DNA of 64,000 nt. It comes from Mobula hypostoma. Its lineage: Eukaryota. Below are positions 50,025 through 63,300 of the stretch, piece after piece. The translations under genes were made by a program, and so were the position numbers. The notes under the pieces were generated by a model, which was not told the DNA's origin, did no database searches, and saw only the letters and a list, made by a program, of their open reading frames with translations. The stretch is from the NCBI RefSeq assembly GCF_963921235.1, contig NC_086101.1, forward strand, positions 11,720,001-11,784,000, in the 5' to 3' direction. The stretch's first letter is position 1; each line of letters opens with the position of its first letter.

Positions 50025-51822
50025 AAGTGGGGATGTGAGGGGTGAGATGCATGGCTCCACGACTCTCTGTAGTTCTATGAACTCTGAACCCTATGTTCAA
50101 CATTGTCCTCATTTCTTTATAAGGATCTTAGTATTATGATTTTTATTTCCACAGTTTGTCATATTCTGCACATAATTACTTGACAGTCTTTGCTTACATA
50201 CAGTTTTTTGTAAGTTATATTTTATTTCTTTATTTTCAAGTAAGTGCCTGCAAAACAAAACAACAAATTTGAAGGCAGTATATGGTAACATATAAATAAT
50301 TTGAGAAAAAATTTTACTTTGACTTTTTATTAGCAATGGTTTTTCTGCATGGGAGCAAACTAGCTGGGATACTTGGTGCTGTGAATGGGGAAAGGGAAGG
50401 GAAAAGACAGATATGCTTTTAAGAAGCTGAGACTACCTGTGAAATTTGTAATTAGGGTAAAGTGCAAATGCAGGTTCTATGTGGGAACCTGTTGCGATCC
50501 CAGCTCTCTCTTCCCCTCTGTGGGATACGTGGAGCAATCCTTGTTTCAGTGCCTGCTGATCCCATGCTCACTTCTTTCCCCAGTACAGTGATGCACAGGT
50601 CAGTGTTGGCGCCTACTCTTGTACCCAGTTGGAAAGTTTCGTCACTCTCGCCCTCAAATTGCAGCAAATTCTCACTTTCAGCCACTCTATTTCTGAATCC
50701 TCACTTTCACTTGCTCTATTTCTGCCTCTGCCCTTCCCTAACTAGCTTTTTCCATCTCGCTGTCAGCGTCTCAGCTAGCTACCAGTATCCACTGCAAGCT
50801 CATAGATTCCAACAGTTACCATGAATGAATCTTTTCCTATTCTGCTCCCTTTGTGGACTCATTTCATCTAACTAGCATATGTGGTTCATTCTGTGTTCTG
50901 ATGATGAATGTATGGAATAGGAGCAGAAGTCAGCCATCTGTCCTGTTGTGCCTGTCCACAAAGCAATGAGATCATGAGTGATTGGGCTGTGGACACAGTT
51001 CTGCCTATGCAAACTATGCAAATTTTTATCTAATGGTGCCTTAAACGTATTGAAGTAGACTCTACTACTTCCCTAGACAGAGAATTCTACTAAAGCTCTC
51101 TGGGGAAAAGTTTCTCCTCATCTCTGTCCTAAATCTATTCCCCAAAATCTTGAGGCTTTGTCCCCTAGTTCCAGTCTCAGAACGTTACGTTTATTTATGG
51201 AGCCTTGAACATCTCAAGAGCCATAGCCCCTCAGAACTACAGCCTGAATTTATAGCTTCAATACACGTGATTTGGAGATGTCTTCCTTTCTTGTCAACCA
51301 TTGATTCCCCTCTAATGCAGCTGAAAGGACCTTCCCACTTTGACCTCTGTCTTTGTCTTGTGGTCTATTCCTACATGTCTCACCATTGCATCACATCTTC
51401 TGAATGGACATATTACAGTCTACAAGACTCAACTCTGAATTAATTTCTTTATGCTAATTAGTTAGTCCTCGTACCTCGCATTCCAGGATATTTGGTTTTC
51501 ATTCTGACTCGCACAACAATTTCTAATTCAATTCCTCCTTCCTGTTTGCACTGCCGCCAAGTTCACCTTTATCATGCTCTTTCAACACCGATACGCACCA
51601 TATGTCATTCACATTTCCCCAGGATTTGTCCTACCAGACCTTCCCCTCCGCCCCTTCCCTATTTCTCTGCAGCAGAACAGAAAATGGGTTTTCCCGGGAT
51701 TCGTCCTATCACAGACCTTCCCCTCTGTCCCCTCCACCTTTTCCCTATTTCCCTGCAACAAAACAGAAAACGAGGTTCATTTCCAATTCTTTCCAGTTCA
51801 TTGAACTGAAACATTAATTTCA

Positions 51823-51855
<33 letters not shown>

Positions 51856-52380
51856 AAAGTGGATGTGGCCTGATCTACTGGATATTTCCATCATGATTTT
51901 AACGGAAGAAGGCAGGTGCTTTACAATGTGGACCAAATATAAACTGTTGGGAAAACTCACTGGGGCAAGCAGCATTTGTAGAGGCAAAGGGATGGTGGAT
52001 GTTTTGAATCAAGAACCGTCCGGGTGCAATATCTCAACCCAGAATGCTGAGAGTCCACTTGCCCGTATGGATGCTGCCTCTTTTTATTAAAACTACAAAA
52101 AAAAAGTTTTCTAAAAACTCCATTTAAACTTCATCATCTGCACCTTGAGTCTTCAGGAATTTAGGACTACCTGAGTCAGTGGATTTTAGGACCCAGTTTA
52201 GGGGGAAGATGACCCAGAGGTTCAGATCCCGCTGACTGTGGCTGCAGCTAAATACATGGAGCCCACAGGAAAGGCAATTGTTTCAATCTTTAAACGTTCA
52301 AAGAGTATTTCTCCTCAGTACAGAATGCAACTTACAGATTAAAGTCAAAAAAAAATCAACAGCTCCAATTTTAGTTACTA

Positions 52381-52386
52381 TTTATT
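52381..52386 (-). terminator. Candidate polyA signal of TRIM C
   Basis: Minus-strand AATAAA about 140 nt after the stop. Confidence 0.4.
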
Positions 52387-52525
52387 TTGATTCCCTACAT
52401 TTCATTGGTTTTAAATTCTGCCTCTTTGGAACTGCAGAATCTCGGAACAAAATGGAACCAGTTCAGCCGCAACTTGTCAAAGTAGTTTCTGCTTGACAAC
52501 TCCTGGACCCCGCAACCCTACACTT

Positions 52526-53055
52526 TTATGGGTCCAGATTAGAACTGGAGCAGACTCTCAGCCAGCCTTCATCCCCAGTGCCAAAGAAAGGATAAAGTGT
52601 CTCCATGAACTTATTCCCAGAGTAAGTGTGGAGATGGGTCTTGGTTTCCGCATTGTAAAATGAAACTGTGCCGGATTCGTAACTGAGATAAATTCCCACC
52701 CTCCCGGGGATGGGACCAGGAAGGAGGCGAGACACAGGGGAGGTGGGAACATAAAACTTGAAACCGCCCCGCCCAACAGTCCACACTCCAGTCTCTGGGA
52801 TCACGTCTTCCTCTCCCTCTCTCTCCACAGACTCCGTGGCAACTCCCACACTCCAGCGCTGATTCCCTGCCACCTCCACCTCCCAGTAATGTCTCCCCGA
52901 TGTGAATCCCTCCGACCCCAGCACACAACGTGCAAATGTGAACCTCTTCCCGGTGTCGGGGAGAGCCTTCAGCCTCTCGGTCCATCTCACACTCTTCCGA
53001 TCTTCAGACACCTCGAGCCCCGGGCCTGCTGTTTCCACATCCAGCGTCACAGAAT
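52526..53055 (-). CDS. TRIM C exon 6 (PRY/SPRY, B30.2)
   Basis: [47 protein letters not shown] motifs; TAA at 52528-52526. Confidence 0.95.
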
Positions 53056-56000
53056 CTGGTGGGAGAAGCAGAGAATTAGAGAGTCTCCGGCCATCAGAGA
53101 GGGGTGGGACTCATTCAGCACAGCCTTGGATCTGGGAGAGAAATTACTCATGCAGCCATCTTCGCAGGAAGGTTGAGGAGTGCTGAAACCAGGGAAAGGG
53201 ATGTTAGGGCTGAGTGATCAACTGAGAAGGAGAGTGGTCAATTGTGTTGGTTTTCACAGAACAACAATAAACTAATGACTTCTAGGTATTAGATTCATGG
53301 GCTCATATAGCAGGGAAACAGGCTATATGCCCCAACCATTCCCTGCTGACCAAGTTGACTGCCTGAGCGAGCCCCAGTGGCCCTTTTCCAACTAAACCAT
53401 TCCTATCCATGTATCTATCCAAATTTATTTCTCAGCATTGCACTTCTACCCGACTCTAACACTTCCTCCAGCTACTTGTTCCACAAACCCACCTTTTTTT
53501 TTGAGGGAAAAAAGTTACACCTTATATCCTCTTTGAATCTTGCCTGTCTCACCTTCGGGTCCTAACACCGCAGGAAAAACGACATTCATGTTATTTATGA
53601 CTCTCCTGATTTTATATAACTCCATAAGATCACTCCCCAGCCTCCTGCACTCCAGGGCAGAAAGCAATTGAGTGAATGTCAGCAGCTCCTGTCCTAAGCA
53701 CTGATGGGTTGCCATTAAAAAAATATAGAGACAGCTCACAGGTGACTGACATCACTCAAGAATTTGTATGTCTTTGGACAGTGGGTAGGTCAGAGCACTC
53801 CACATTCAAATTGGAATTTGTCAATCATGCACAGCTGTGATGAAAAACTTCCTTGCAGTAACAACAGCACAGACACACAACATTAACTAAGCAGAAATCA
53901 TAAGGAAAACGAATTAAACACAAGCTTAACGAAGGCAGAATCTTGGAGCCTGTCTATTCTTTAAATAATGCAGAGATTTTTCATTCCAGCAACCTGGACA
54001 GTGTTTCCTGTTTATGAACTCAACTTTCTTTGTAAAACTCAGGGCCCAAACCTGGACGAAGAAATACAGACAAAGAGGAGAGACTCTCTGAGCACCAGGG
54101 AGAAAATCTTTGGATCTGGAACTGACCTTCTGGGAGTTTGCAAGAGATGTTCACACCCCAAAGCCAAGCGCTGGGGCTTCCAATGGATCAATCAAAAAAT
54201 AAGTCATAGGAAACATAAGACCATTAGGAGCATAACTAGGCCATTTAGTCCATCGAGTCTGCTCCACTGATTTATTATCCCTCAAAATCCCATTCTCCAG
54301 CCTTTCTCTCTGCGACCTCTGGCACCCTTGCTAATCAAGAATCCAGAAACCTCTGCCTTAAATATACCCAATGAACTTGGACAAATATTTGCAGAAATGG
54401 GAACTTCCAGCTTGTGAACTGAGGGGGAGGAGAATTATTACAGGAATGAAATATTCATGCCAGTTAGAGTTGACTTATTTTCTTTATTAACTTAATGCAT
54501 GGACATTCAATATGATAATTTTAATTAAAATGAAATATATACTGTAATATACAAATATACAATATTTACCAGGCTGAATGTCATCAAGTATCTCCCACAA
54601 AGCTGTGAAGGATGAAGAATCGATGGATTTTTCCAATGATAGGGCCCCACCCGTGGCTGAGTCTGAAAGCTCGCCTCTGATCCTGCAAGTATTAAACAGA
54701 TGGTTATAGAACATGGAACATAAAAGAGCTCAGCACAGTACAGGTCCTTCAACCAGAGGTTGTGCTGACACTTTACTACTCCAAAGTCAATCGAATCCCT
54801 CTCTCCCTCATAGGCCTACATTTTTCTTTCACCCATGTGCCTATCCAAGCATCCTCCCTCTGCAACTGGGTTCTTGACTTCCTAACCAGAAGATCACAAT
54901 CTCCGTGGTTCGGAAGTAACATCTCCTCCTCGCTGACAATCAACACTGGCGCATCACAGGGAAACGTGCTTACCCACTGCTCTACTCTCTCTACACGCAT
55001 GGCTGTATAGCTAGGCACTGCTCAAATGCCACCTATAAACTTTACAAAATCTACACCCATTGTTAAGTGCTGCGCGTGGCCAACTGGTTAGGGCGTTGGG
55101 CTCACGATCTGAAGGTCGTGGGGTTCGAGTCTCGGCCAAGGCAGCGTGTTGTGTCTTTGAGCAAGGCACTTAATCTCACACTGCTCCAGTCCACCCAGCT
55201 GAAAATGGATACCAGCAAATGCTGGGGGTTAACCTCGCGATAAACTGGCCTCTTATCCGGGAGGAGAGTCTTGTACTCTCAGTCGCTTCACGCCACAGAA
55301 ACTGGCATAAGCACCAGCCTGACGGGTCACAAGGCTCGGGACAGACTTTAACAGCCATTGTCGGCAGAATTTCAGATGGTGATGAGAGAGTATACAGGAG
55401 CGAGATTTATCAGCTAGTTGAGTGATGTCGCAGCAACAACCTTGCACTCAGTGTCACTGAGACCAAAGAGCTTACTGTGGACTTCAGAAGGGGTAAGACG
55501 AGAGAACACACACCAGTCCTCATCGAGGGATCAGAAGTGGAAAAAGTGAGCAGTTTCAAGTTGCTGGGTGTTAATATCTCTGAGACTCTAACCTGGTCCC
55601 AACATATCGATGCAGGTACAAAGAAGGCGTGACTACAGCTATACTTCGTTAGGAATTGAGGAGATTTGGTATGTCAACAAATACACTCACAAATTCTGCA
55701 GGTGTACCAGGAGAGCATTCTAACTGGCTGTATAACTGACTGGTATGGGATGGGGGGGGGGGGCTCCTGCACAGGATCGAAGCAAGCTGCGGAGATTTGT
55801 AAAACTGAGTCAGCTCCTTCATGGGCACTAGCCTTCATAGTATCCAGGACATCTTCAAGGAACGATTCCTCAAGAAGGTGGCATCCATCATTAAGCCCCC
55901 CCCCCCCACACATCACCCAGGTCATGTCCTCTTCTGATTGCTACCATCACAGTTTTTTTCCTATTATCATGTACAGCATTCTACTGCTGCTGCAAGGTTA

Positions 56001-59000
56001 ACAAATTTCACGACAGGTGCTGGTGATATTAAACTTCATTCTCATTTTAAATTATAGTAAAAAAAATAATAATTTATAAATATAAATTTAATAACATTAT
56101 AAATTAACTATTATTTTCTCTGTTACTCTTTACAAAGTTCTACATTTGCAAAGGATACCATAGAACCATAGAACCATTGAAACTACAGCACAGAAACAGG
56201 CCCTTTGGCCCTTCTTGGCTGTGCCGAACCATTTTCTGCCTAGTCCCACTGACCTGCACAGGGACCATATCCCTCCATACACCTCCCAGTACATGCCAGT
56301 AAAGCAGCATCCATCACCAAGGCCCCCACCATCCAGGCCACGGTCTCTCCTCACTGCTGCCATTGTGAAGGAGGTTCAGGTTCCTTAGGTCCTACACTAC
56401 CAGGTTCAGGAACAATTACTCCCCTTCACCATCAGTCTCCCGAACTGGTGTGGATAACTTCACTCACCTCAACTCCTGCTCACTTTTAAGACTCTGCAAC
56501 TCGTGTTCTTAATCTTATTTATTCACATATTAGTTTATTTATTATCATTTGCATTTTTTTGTATTCACAGAGTTTGTCAAGTTGCATGTTGGTTGTGCAT
56601 TAATTTTTGTTTGTGTGTAGTTTTTCATTGATTCTATTCTATTTCTTTGTTCTACAAGAATGTCCACAAGAAAATGAATCATGCTGATATACGCTGTACC
56701 TACTTTGATAATAAATTTGCTTTGAACTTTGAAGTTGTACAAAGTATAGGTTAAAAAAAACCTGTCTTACCTTCTCTTCTGTTTAGCTTCTCCCTGGAAG
56801 AAATAAAACACAAGCTGGAATAAGTGTGTATCGACTGCCCCCATCCAGGCAGTAGGATTTACATTACACTTTCTGTAAATTGCTGATAATCCCAAATTCT
56901 CCCCACCAGCAACAGATGGGAATGGGAATACTACAGAAGGAGTAGAGAAGTACAGGAGAATGTAAAAAGAAGATTTACAAGAATGATGCTGCAGGTTAGA
57001 GAATAAAACTAACAGGAAATACTGTGCAAATTTAAGGGAGGAAAGACTCATCTTACCAAAGTATTGATTGAAGACTTCAAAGTTATGAATGGATTTGATA
57101 GCATAGATGTGGGAATTTGCATGCAGCAGACGGGATAAATTGCAGAGTAAAGATATTTAAAGGTTACCTCTATTTGTCACATATACTTTGAAACATAGTT
57201 AAATGCATCATTTGCATCAACAACCAAAACACTGCAGCCCCCACGTGTCGCCATACTTATGGCATGAACATAGCATGCCCACAACTTACTAGCCCTAACC
57301 CATACATCTTTCAAAAGTGGGAGGAAACAGGAGCCCCCAGAGGAAACCCACACGGTCACAGGGAGAATGGACAATGTCCCGACAATGAAGAACATTGTCT
57401 GGAATTGAACCCTGATTGCTGTTCACTGGTGCTGTAATAGTGTTACACTGACCACTACGCCACCATGCCCCCCACCCCGAATGGTAACCTAGCAACCTGA
57501 ATTAATGGTTTGGTGATGTATGCTCAAATCCCAACACAAGAGCTGAGGAATGTGAAATCTGTGAGTTGAATAAATGTGCGATTTGTTAGGTATAGTATAT
57601 CTGCAAGGAGAGTGACGAAACTGTACCCACAATAACAAGGCCGTTAGACTGTGCTGACATTGTACAGTGAAACAGGCTTGTGACCACAGTCCAGAAACTG
57701 AGAAAAATAAACCCTCTGCATCATGCCTTGAGAAAAGCAAACTTTTAGAAGGCTCTGAGCAGAAATGGAGTAGCAATGCGCCACTTGGTTAGCCAGCCGG
57801 GGTGTTTGCCTAGCAAAGTATTAGGCTTTGTAGTTAAGTTTACAAAATACGTGCTCTAAGTTTGAATTTTGTCCAGGATAGACTTGCACAAAGTTTTGTC
57901 TACATATGATATGAGTTTAGCTTGTTTCAACAGTAGGTCCAGAGAACTTTAAGAGCTTTTCTTTCCTCACTTACAATATGCCTCCATTGTGCATATTAAG
58001 ATTTTGTCAATCAGCTGACAGTCCTGATAAAGGGACCTGGCCCAAAATGTTGACTCTTTATTCCTTTCCAGAAATGTTGCCCGGCCTGCTGAGTTCCTCC
58101 TGCATTTTGTGTGTGTTGCTCTCGATTTCCAGCAGCTGCAGAATCTCTTATGTTTAGAGAAATGGCTCAGAATGGTTTGTTCAGGTCATGCAAGAAAGGG
58201 GGAATCTCAAAGACTAAAGGAAACAAAAGGAATTATGCTGTTTTTACTGGTTGTGAGGGTGGGAATTTACCTTAAAAATGACCCCAGGGTCAAACTTCCA
58301 GTGGTTAGATGAGATAAAATCAGGACCTTCTAGCCACAGTCAGGACAGAGGCTATAGGAGATCAAGGTTACTGCATTATTTAGGGCAGTGATATATATTA
58401 TTAAATAAGTTGTTCAACAACAGCGAAAACAGTGAGGTAGTGTTCATGGGAAGGTTCATTATCTGTTTAGGAGACTGATGGCAGAGGGAGAGAAGCAGTT
58501 CTTAGAACATCAAGTGTGTGCCTTCAGGGTCCTGTACCTCCTCCCTGATGATAGGACAGATTGAGTATCCCTTATCCGAAATGCTTGGGGCTGGAAGTAT
58601 TTCAGACTGCGGATTATTTTGGATTTTGGAAGATAGCTTGGGATCGCCATCATTTCTACTACTGAGTGTATGTGCTGCTGGTGATCAGTCTTTGTCTCAC
58701 ATTTGTTCATCACAAATATGTGCTGATGCAGCCATTTCCTTAGCGATGATCTTGGCAAACTCTTCAATGAACTTCTCTGCTGCTTCATGATCAGCAGATG
58801 CTTTCTCACCACAAACCTTAAAAATTTAATGCTATGCCTTTTCTTAAACTTCTGCAACCATCCAACTGAATATTCAGAATTAACCTCAATTTTCAGTTTG
58901 TCATGATAGGTATTTGCTTGTTTCACAATGAGCATACTATTAAATAGCATTATGTTCACTCTGATTCTGACAAATCCGCACTTTCAATACACGATCAAGA

Positions 59001-62000
59001 GCTTCATTTTTTGCTTTAAGCAGTGCTTTCTATTTTTCATTATACAAGTCAGGTCACTTCTCAGAATTGTCTGTGCTGCGCAGAGACTTGCACATCACCT
59101 GGGAACTTCCCAAGCACCTTGTGGAATTTTCCATTTGTGACATCATGTCAGCACTCAAAGAAATTTCAGATTTCAGAAGCTTTCAGATCTTAGATTTTCA
59201 GATAAGGGGTACTCAACCTGTGATAAGAAGAGAGTATGTCCTGGATAACAGGGGTCCTTAATGTTGGAGATTTATGGATTTTGAAATTGCAGATAAGGGG
59301 TACTCAACCAGTAATATGAAGACAGCATGTCTTGGATGATGGGGGTCTTTAACAAAGGAAGCCACCTTTTTGAGGGCATTGCCATTTGAAGACGGCCTCG
59401 ATGCTGAGAAGGTGAGTGCACGTGATGGAGCCCTCTGCAGCCACCCATCATCTTCACCCGGACTTCACCACTCGGTTGCACCAGAGGCAATTTACAGCAG
59501 CCAATTAACCTACCATTCTGCATGTCTTTGGGACGAGGGAGGAAACTGGAGTACATGGCAGAAACCCACGTGGAGCTTGAAAACTCCACCCACACAGACT
59601 GGAGGTAAGAATTGAATTGGAGGACTTGCTGGAGTGGTGAGAGCTCATTTTAGGTCAGTCGTGGCACTGTGCCACTTAGGGTTGGTGAGCTGGTCAGTCA
59701 GCAGCTGGTGTCAAAGTTCAACAGTTCATAGCTCAAACTAAATTTATTATCAAATTATGTACCTGTCGCAATATACTACCCTGAGGTTAATTTTCTTTCA
59801 GGCATTCAGAGTGGAATAATGAAATACAGTAGAATGAATGGAAAAGTACACACAAAGACTGACAAACAATGTGCAAAAGAAGAGAAACGGTGTAAATAAA
59901 AACTAGGTAGGTAAATAGATAAGTAAATAAATAAACAGATGCAAGGGTGTGGGGATAGAGAGAGAGAGAGAGAGAGACAGACAAATAAATAAATAATGTT
60001 GAGTACAATTTGTAGTCTTTGAAAGTGCGTCAGTTGTGGAATCAGTTCTGATTTGAGGTGAGTGAAGTTATCTACGCTGGTTCAGGTGCCTGATGGTTGA
60101 AGGGTAATTACTGTTCCTAAACCTGTTGGCATGGGACCCAAGGCTCTTGGACCTCCTTCCCAGTGGCCGCAGTGAGAAGAGAAGAGAGCATGGCCCAGAT
60201 GGTGGGAATGCTTGATGATGGATGCTGTTTCCTTGTGACAGTGCTCCTTGTAGAGGTGCTCAGTAGTGGGGAGGGCTCCTCCTGTGATAGACTGGGCTGT
60301 GTCCGCTGCACCACAGCAGCTACACCAGTGAGACAGTGCCTGTAGTTAGGGAGTCGAACTGCTCATTCACCCCATCATTGGAGGCTTTATTGACCCCTGG
60401 TTAGTCACAAGTATAAACAGTTGAAAGTGAGAGATAGAGAAATGAAAAAAAGTGAGATAGAAATGAAGATTACAGTAATCTCTTAAACACATATAAAAGG
60501 CATTTCCCTACAGAATAAGGAATTCTGGATTCTACAGGCAACGAAGCTGCAAATAAGAGATGTTCTCCTGCCACACAACCAACTTTCTCTGAATGGGACA
60601 TGTGGCACATATCGATGAGCACGTGAATGGCTGGAAGAGGTAATCAGTCAGAATGTTGCAGTACATGAATTTTTTTTAAAAAAAAGATACTGGGAACCTA
60701 AACTAAGGACTCTCCAACTGAAAATTTTCTTTTCCACTTAAAAAGAAATCCTGATCAGGACTTTTGAGACAGCTGGCACACATTATATTACTGACCCATT
60801 CTAAACAAAAAAATGGTGGGAGAATCCAGCCCTACACCAAAACTGCTAGACTGTAGTAAAATTGCTCAGGGAAAGAAACCTAAAGCAGCATTGAGGTAAA
60901 GCTTCTGGTGCAGTACGTGAAAATTGTTACACGTCCCAGTCGTATTTACTGTAAAAAAATAGAGCAGCACATTTTCTTTTGGAAAAAATAATCAGACCTC
61001 ATGTTCTTTGATCACTGGTTGACTGACCATCAAAACCGCCCTTTGAAATGGCCAAACCAGTCACTCAAAACAAGAGCAACAGGAATTCTGCAGATGCTGG
61101 AAATTCAAGCAACACACATCAAAGTTGCTGGTGAACGCAGCAGGCCAGGCAGCATCTCTAGGAAGAGGTACAGTCGACGTTTCAGGCTGAGTCCTCCCAT
61201 ACAGCTTGGCACCAGTGTCATCGCATAGCAATGTGTGATTAGGTACCGGGGCTCGAACTCACGACCTTCAGCTTGCTAGTCCAATGCCTTAACCACTTGG
61301 CCATGTGATCACACTTTCTTTACTAGCTACCTCCTAAACCTAATAAAGAGGCCACTGAGTGTATGTTTGTGGTCATCTGCTGCTGTAGCCCATCCACTTC
61401 AAGGTTCAACATGTTGTGCATTCAGAGATACCCTTTTTGCAAACAACTGTTGTGAAGCATGGCTATATGAGTTAACATTGACTTCCTGTCAAATTAAACC
61501 ACACTGGACATTCCCCTCTGACCTGACTAATTAAAAAGATGTTTTTGCTCATGGAGCTGCCCTGGATGTTTTTGTTGCTTCTCACAACTGTTCTCTCTAA
61601 ATTCTAGAGACAGTTGAGCATGAAGGAGGTCAGCAGTTTCTGAGACACTCAAACAACCCTGCCTGGTGCCAACAAGCCTTTCCCAGGCAGAGTCACTTGG
61701 GTCACATTTCATTCCCATTCTGATATTTGGTCTGAACAACAACTGAACCTCTTGACCAAGTCTGCATGCTTTTATGCAATGAGATGCTGCCTCATGATTG
61801 GCTGATTAGATATTTGTATCAATGAGCAGGTCTACAGGTGGACCTAATAAGATGATCACGTGTCGTATTTCTGCGCTCTCGCCCATAACAGAGCAGCCAA
61901 CTGAAACGCAACCCCTCACCTTCAGAGATCCAAATTCATCCGTTTGCTCCATTTGCTCCTGCAACAACGAAAGTTCCACCTGAATAGAATTCAATTTTTC

Positions 62001-62821
62001 CTGAATTTCCCGAAGATTTTTCTCCATTTTATCTATGATCTTCTCCTCTTGTGTCCTGAGATCTCTGATCAAAAGCTGTTCTTTCTCAGCGAGTTTCTTG
62101 CGTATTACAGCAAAGACTGCTGCGACGTGGGATTGTAAACAGCGTGACTGGCCCTATTAAATAAAATGCAAACATGGTTATGCAGCGCCGTGAATGAAAG
62201 ACCCAACCGATATCTCAGAAAATCAGGAGTTTACCTTAATCTCAGAAATCTTAATTCTTTGTTGCTTCTCCAGTTTTAGAATTCCCAGTATTTGCTGCGT
62301 AAGTGCTTTCAGGGAAGATTCCGCCGGATCCTGGAGTGTGAAAGAAAATTATCGAAAGAAAGAGTTCAAGAGTAAGTTTGACCTGGAAAGGTGATGAAAC
62401 TCCATTTTACCTTGTAAGTTTCCAAAGCTTCTTTAATCGGCAGGAAGCGGTGCTCTCTGTGTTCCCTGGCGTCTCTACAGATCAGGCAGAGCAGTTTCTT
62501 GTCAGTTTCACAAAACAGCTTCAGTTCTTCCTCATGTTCCTCGCACTGAAGTTTATTTCCCTTCTCTTTCGGGTTCAGGTTTAAATTTCGAGCTTTCTCT
62601 GCCAGTCTCACCAAGGCCCGATTCGCTCTGAGGATTGTTTCCTGAAACTCCTCTCTACATTCCGGACAGGAGTTGTTTTCATCGCCTTCCCAGCACTGTG
62701 TGATACAGGAGCGGCAGAAGTTGTGTCCACACTCCAGTGACACCGGATCGGTGAAGAAATCCAGGCATATCGGACAAATTAATTCATCAATCCAACTCTC
62801 GACCTGTCCTTTCGAAGCCAT
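52526..62821 (-). CDS. TRIM gene C, complete, predicted 468 aa RING-B-box-CC-PRY/SPRY
   Basis: Exons 62821-62411, 62330-62235, 62153-61920, 56793-56771, 54682-54570, 53055-52526 total 1407 nt, in frame, canonical splice sites. Confidence 0.93.
54570..54682 (-). CDS. TRIM C exon 5, 113 nt
   Basis: TGCAG|G...CAGCCTG|GTAAAT; IRGELSDSATGGALSLEKSIDSSSFTALWEILDDIQP. Confidence 0.88.
54850..56045 (+). mobile_element. Rex1/Babar-like LINE 3' fragment in TRIM C intron 4
   Basis: SLCNWVLDFLT..INTGASQG; interrupted by a SINE. Confidence 0.78.
55065..55350 (+). mobile_element. tRNA-derived SINE with CORE-like domain, TSD ACASCCATTGT
   Basis: A box TGGCCAACTGG, B box GGTTCGAGTC, GTGTCTTTGAGCAAGGCACTTAA; TSD 55053-55063 and 55351-55361. 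Confidence 0.78.
56771..56793 (-). CDS. TRIM C exon 4, 23 nt
   Basis: TTCCAG|GGAGAAGCTAAACAGAAGAGAAG|GTAAGA. Confidence 0.85.
57160..57470 (-). mobile_element. V-SINE (same family as 32941-33275)
   Basis: Reverse-complement tRNA head (GGCATGGTGGCGTAGTGG..GGTTCAATTCC) and V-domain-like block. Confidence 0.72.
58557..59220 (-). mobile_element. Tigger/pogo-family DNA transposon deletion derivative (Tigger4/Zombi-like ends)
   Basis: TIRs CAGATTGAGTATCCCTTATC...GATAAGGGGTACTCAACCTG; CENP-B-type HTH remnant SVGWLQKFKKRHSI. Confidence 0.82.
61075..61195 (-). mobile_element. Penelope-like pLTR fragment
   Basis: Near-identical to 35809-35925; truncated within the hammerhead stem II. Confidence 0.8.
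61312..61863 (-). mobile_element. Tc1-like non-autonomous element
   Basis: Transposase N-terminal remnant MGMKCDPSDS..LVGTRQGCLSVSETADLL; CCTAATAAAG..CCACTGAGTG terminal-type motifs. Confidence 0.72.
61920..62153 (-). CDS. TRIM C exon 3, 234 nt
   Basis: ATAG|GGCCAG...CTGAAG|GTGAGG; GQSRCLQSHVAAVF...DEFGSLK. Confidence 0.9.
62235..62330 (-). CDS. TRIM C exon 2, 96 nt
   Basis: CCAG|GATCCG...ATTAAG|GTAAAC; DPAESSLKALTQQILGILKLEKQQRIKISEIK. Confidence 0.9.
62411..62821 (-). CDS. TRIM C exon 1 (RING + B-box)
   Basis: MASKGQVESWIDELICPIC...EALETYK|GTAAAA. Confidence 0.95.
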
Positions 62822-62947
62822 GTTAATTTCCGGTAATGCAGTTTCCTTTGACTTTCGGGAGCTGCTGAACCCCTGCAGTACCGCGATTCTCCACTAAACA
62901 TGCTGCAATACTGAGATAATCAGCACCAAATACATCATTTTGCAAAC

Positions 62948-63030
62948 ATCACACATCAAAGTTGCTGGTGAACGCAGCAGGCCAGGCAGCATCTCTAGGA
63001 AGAGGTACAGTCGACGTTTCGGGCCGAGAA
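62948..63030 (-). mobile_element. Penelope-like pLTR fragment about 125 nt upstream of the TRIM C start codon
   Basis: Same ACACATCAAAGTTGCTGG...GTCGACGTTTCGGGCCGAGA block. Confidence 0.78.
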
Positions 63031-63204
63031 AGGCGTGAATGTATCCTATTAAATCGCATCTAATCTCGGATAGGGGGAAGAATAGCGAAGCATTAAACAA
63101 CCTTGAATATAAATGAAGCATCATGTTCCGGTAAATACACTTTCAGCTGGGTTACACCCATTGTCCAAAACTGCATGTTTCCAGGTACATGTAATAAATA
63201 AACC

Positions 63205-63300
63205 CTTCATTCCTTCTTTCTTTCACTTCTTTTCTTCCTTTCTTCCTCCCTCCCTGCCTTCCTTCCTTTCTTCCTTCCTCTTTTCCTTACTCCCTTCCCT
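63205..63300. repeat. (TTCC)n-like pyrimidine tract
   Basis: Low-complexity CT-rich run. Confidence 0.85.

Noticed and set aside
55065..55145. tRNA gene
   Set aside because: A/B boxes are followed by a SINE body and flanked by a TSD; no proper acceptor stem
61242..61309. tRNA gene on the minus strand
   Set aside because: Truncated SINE head similar to the 55065 family
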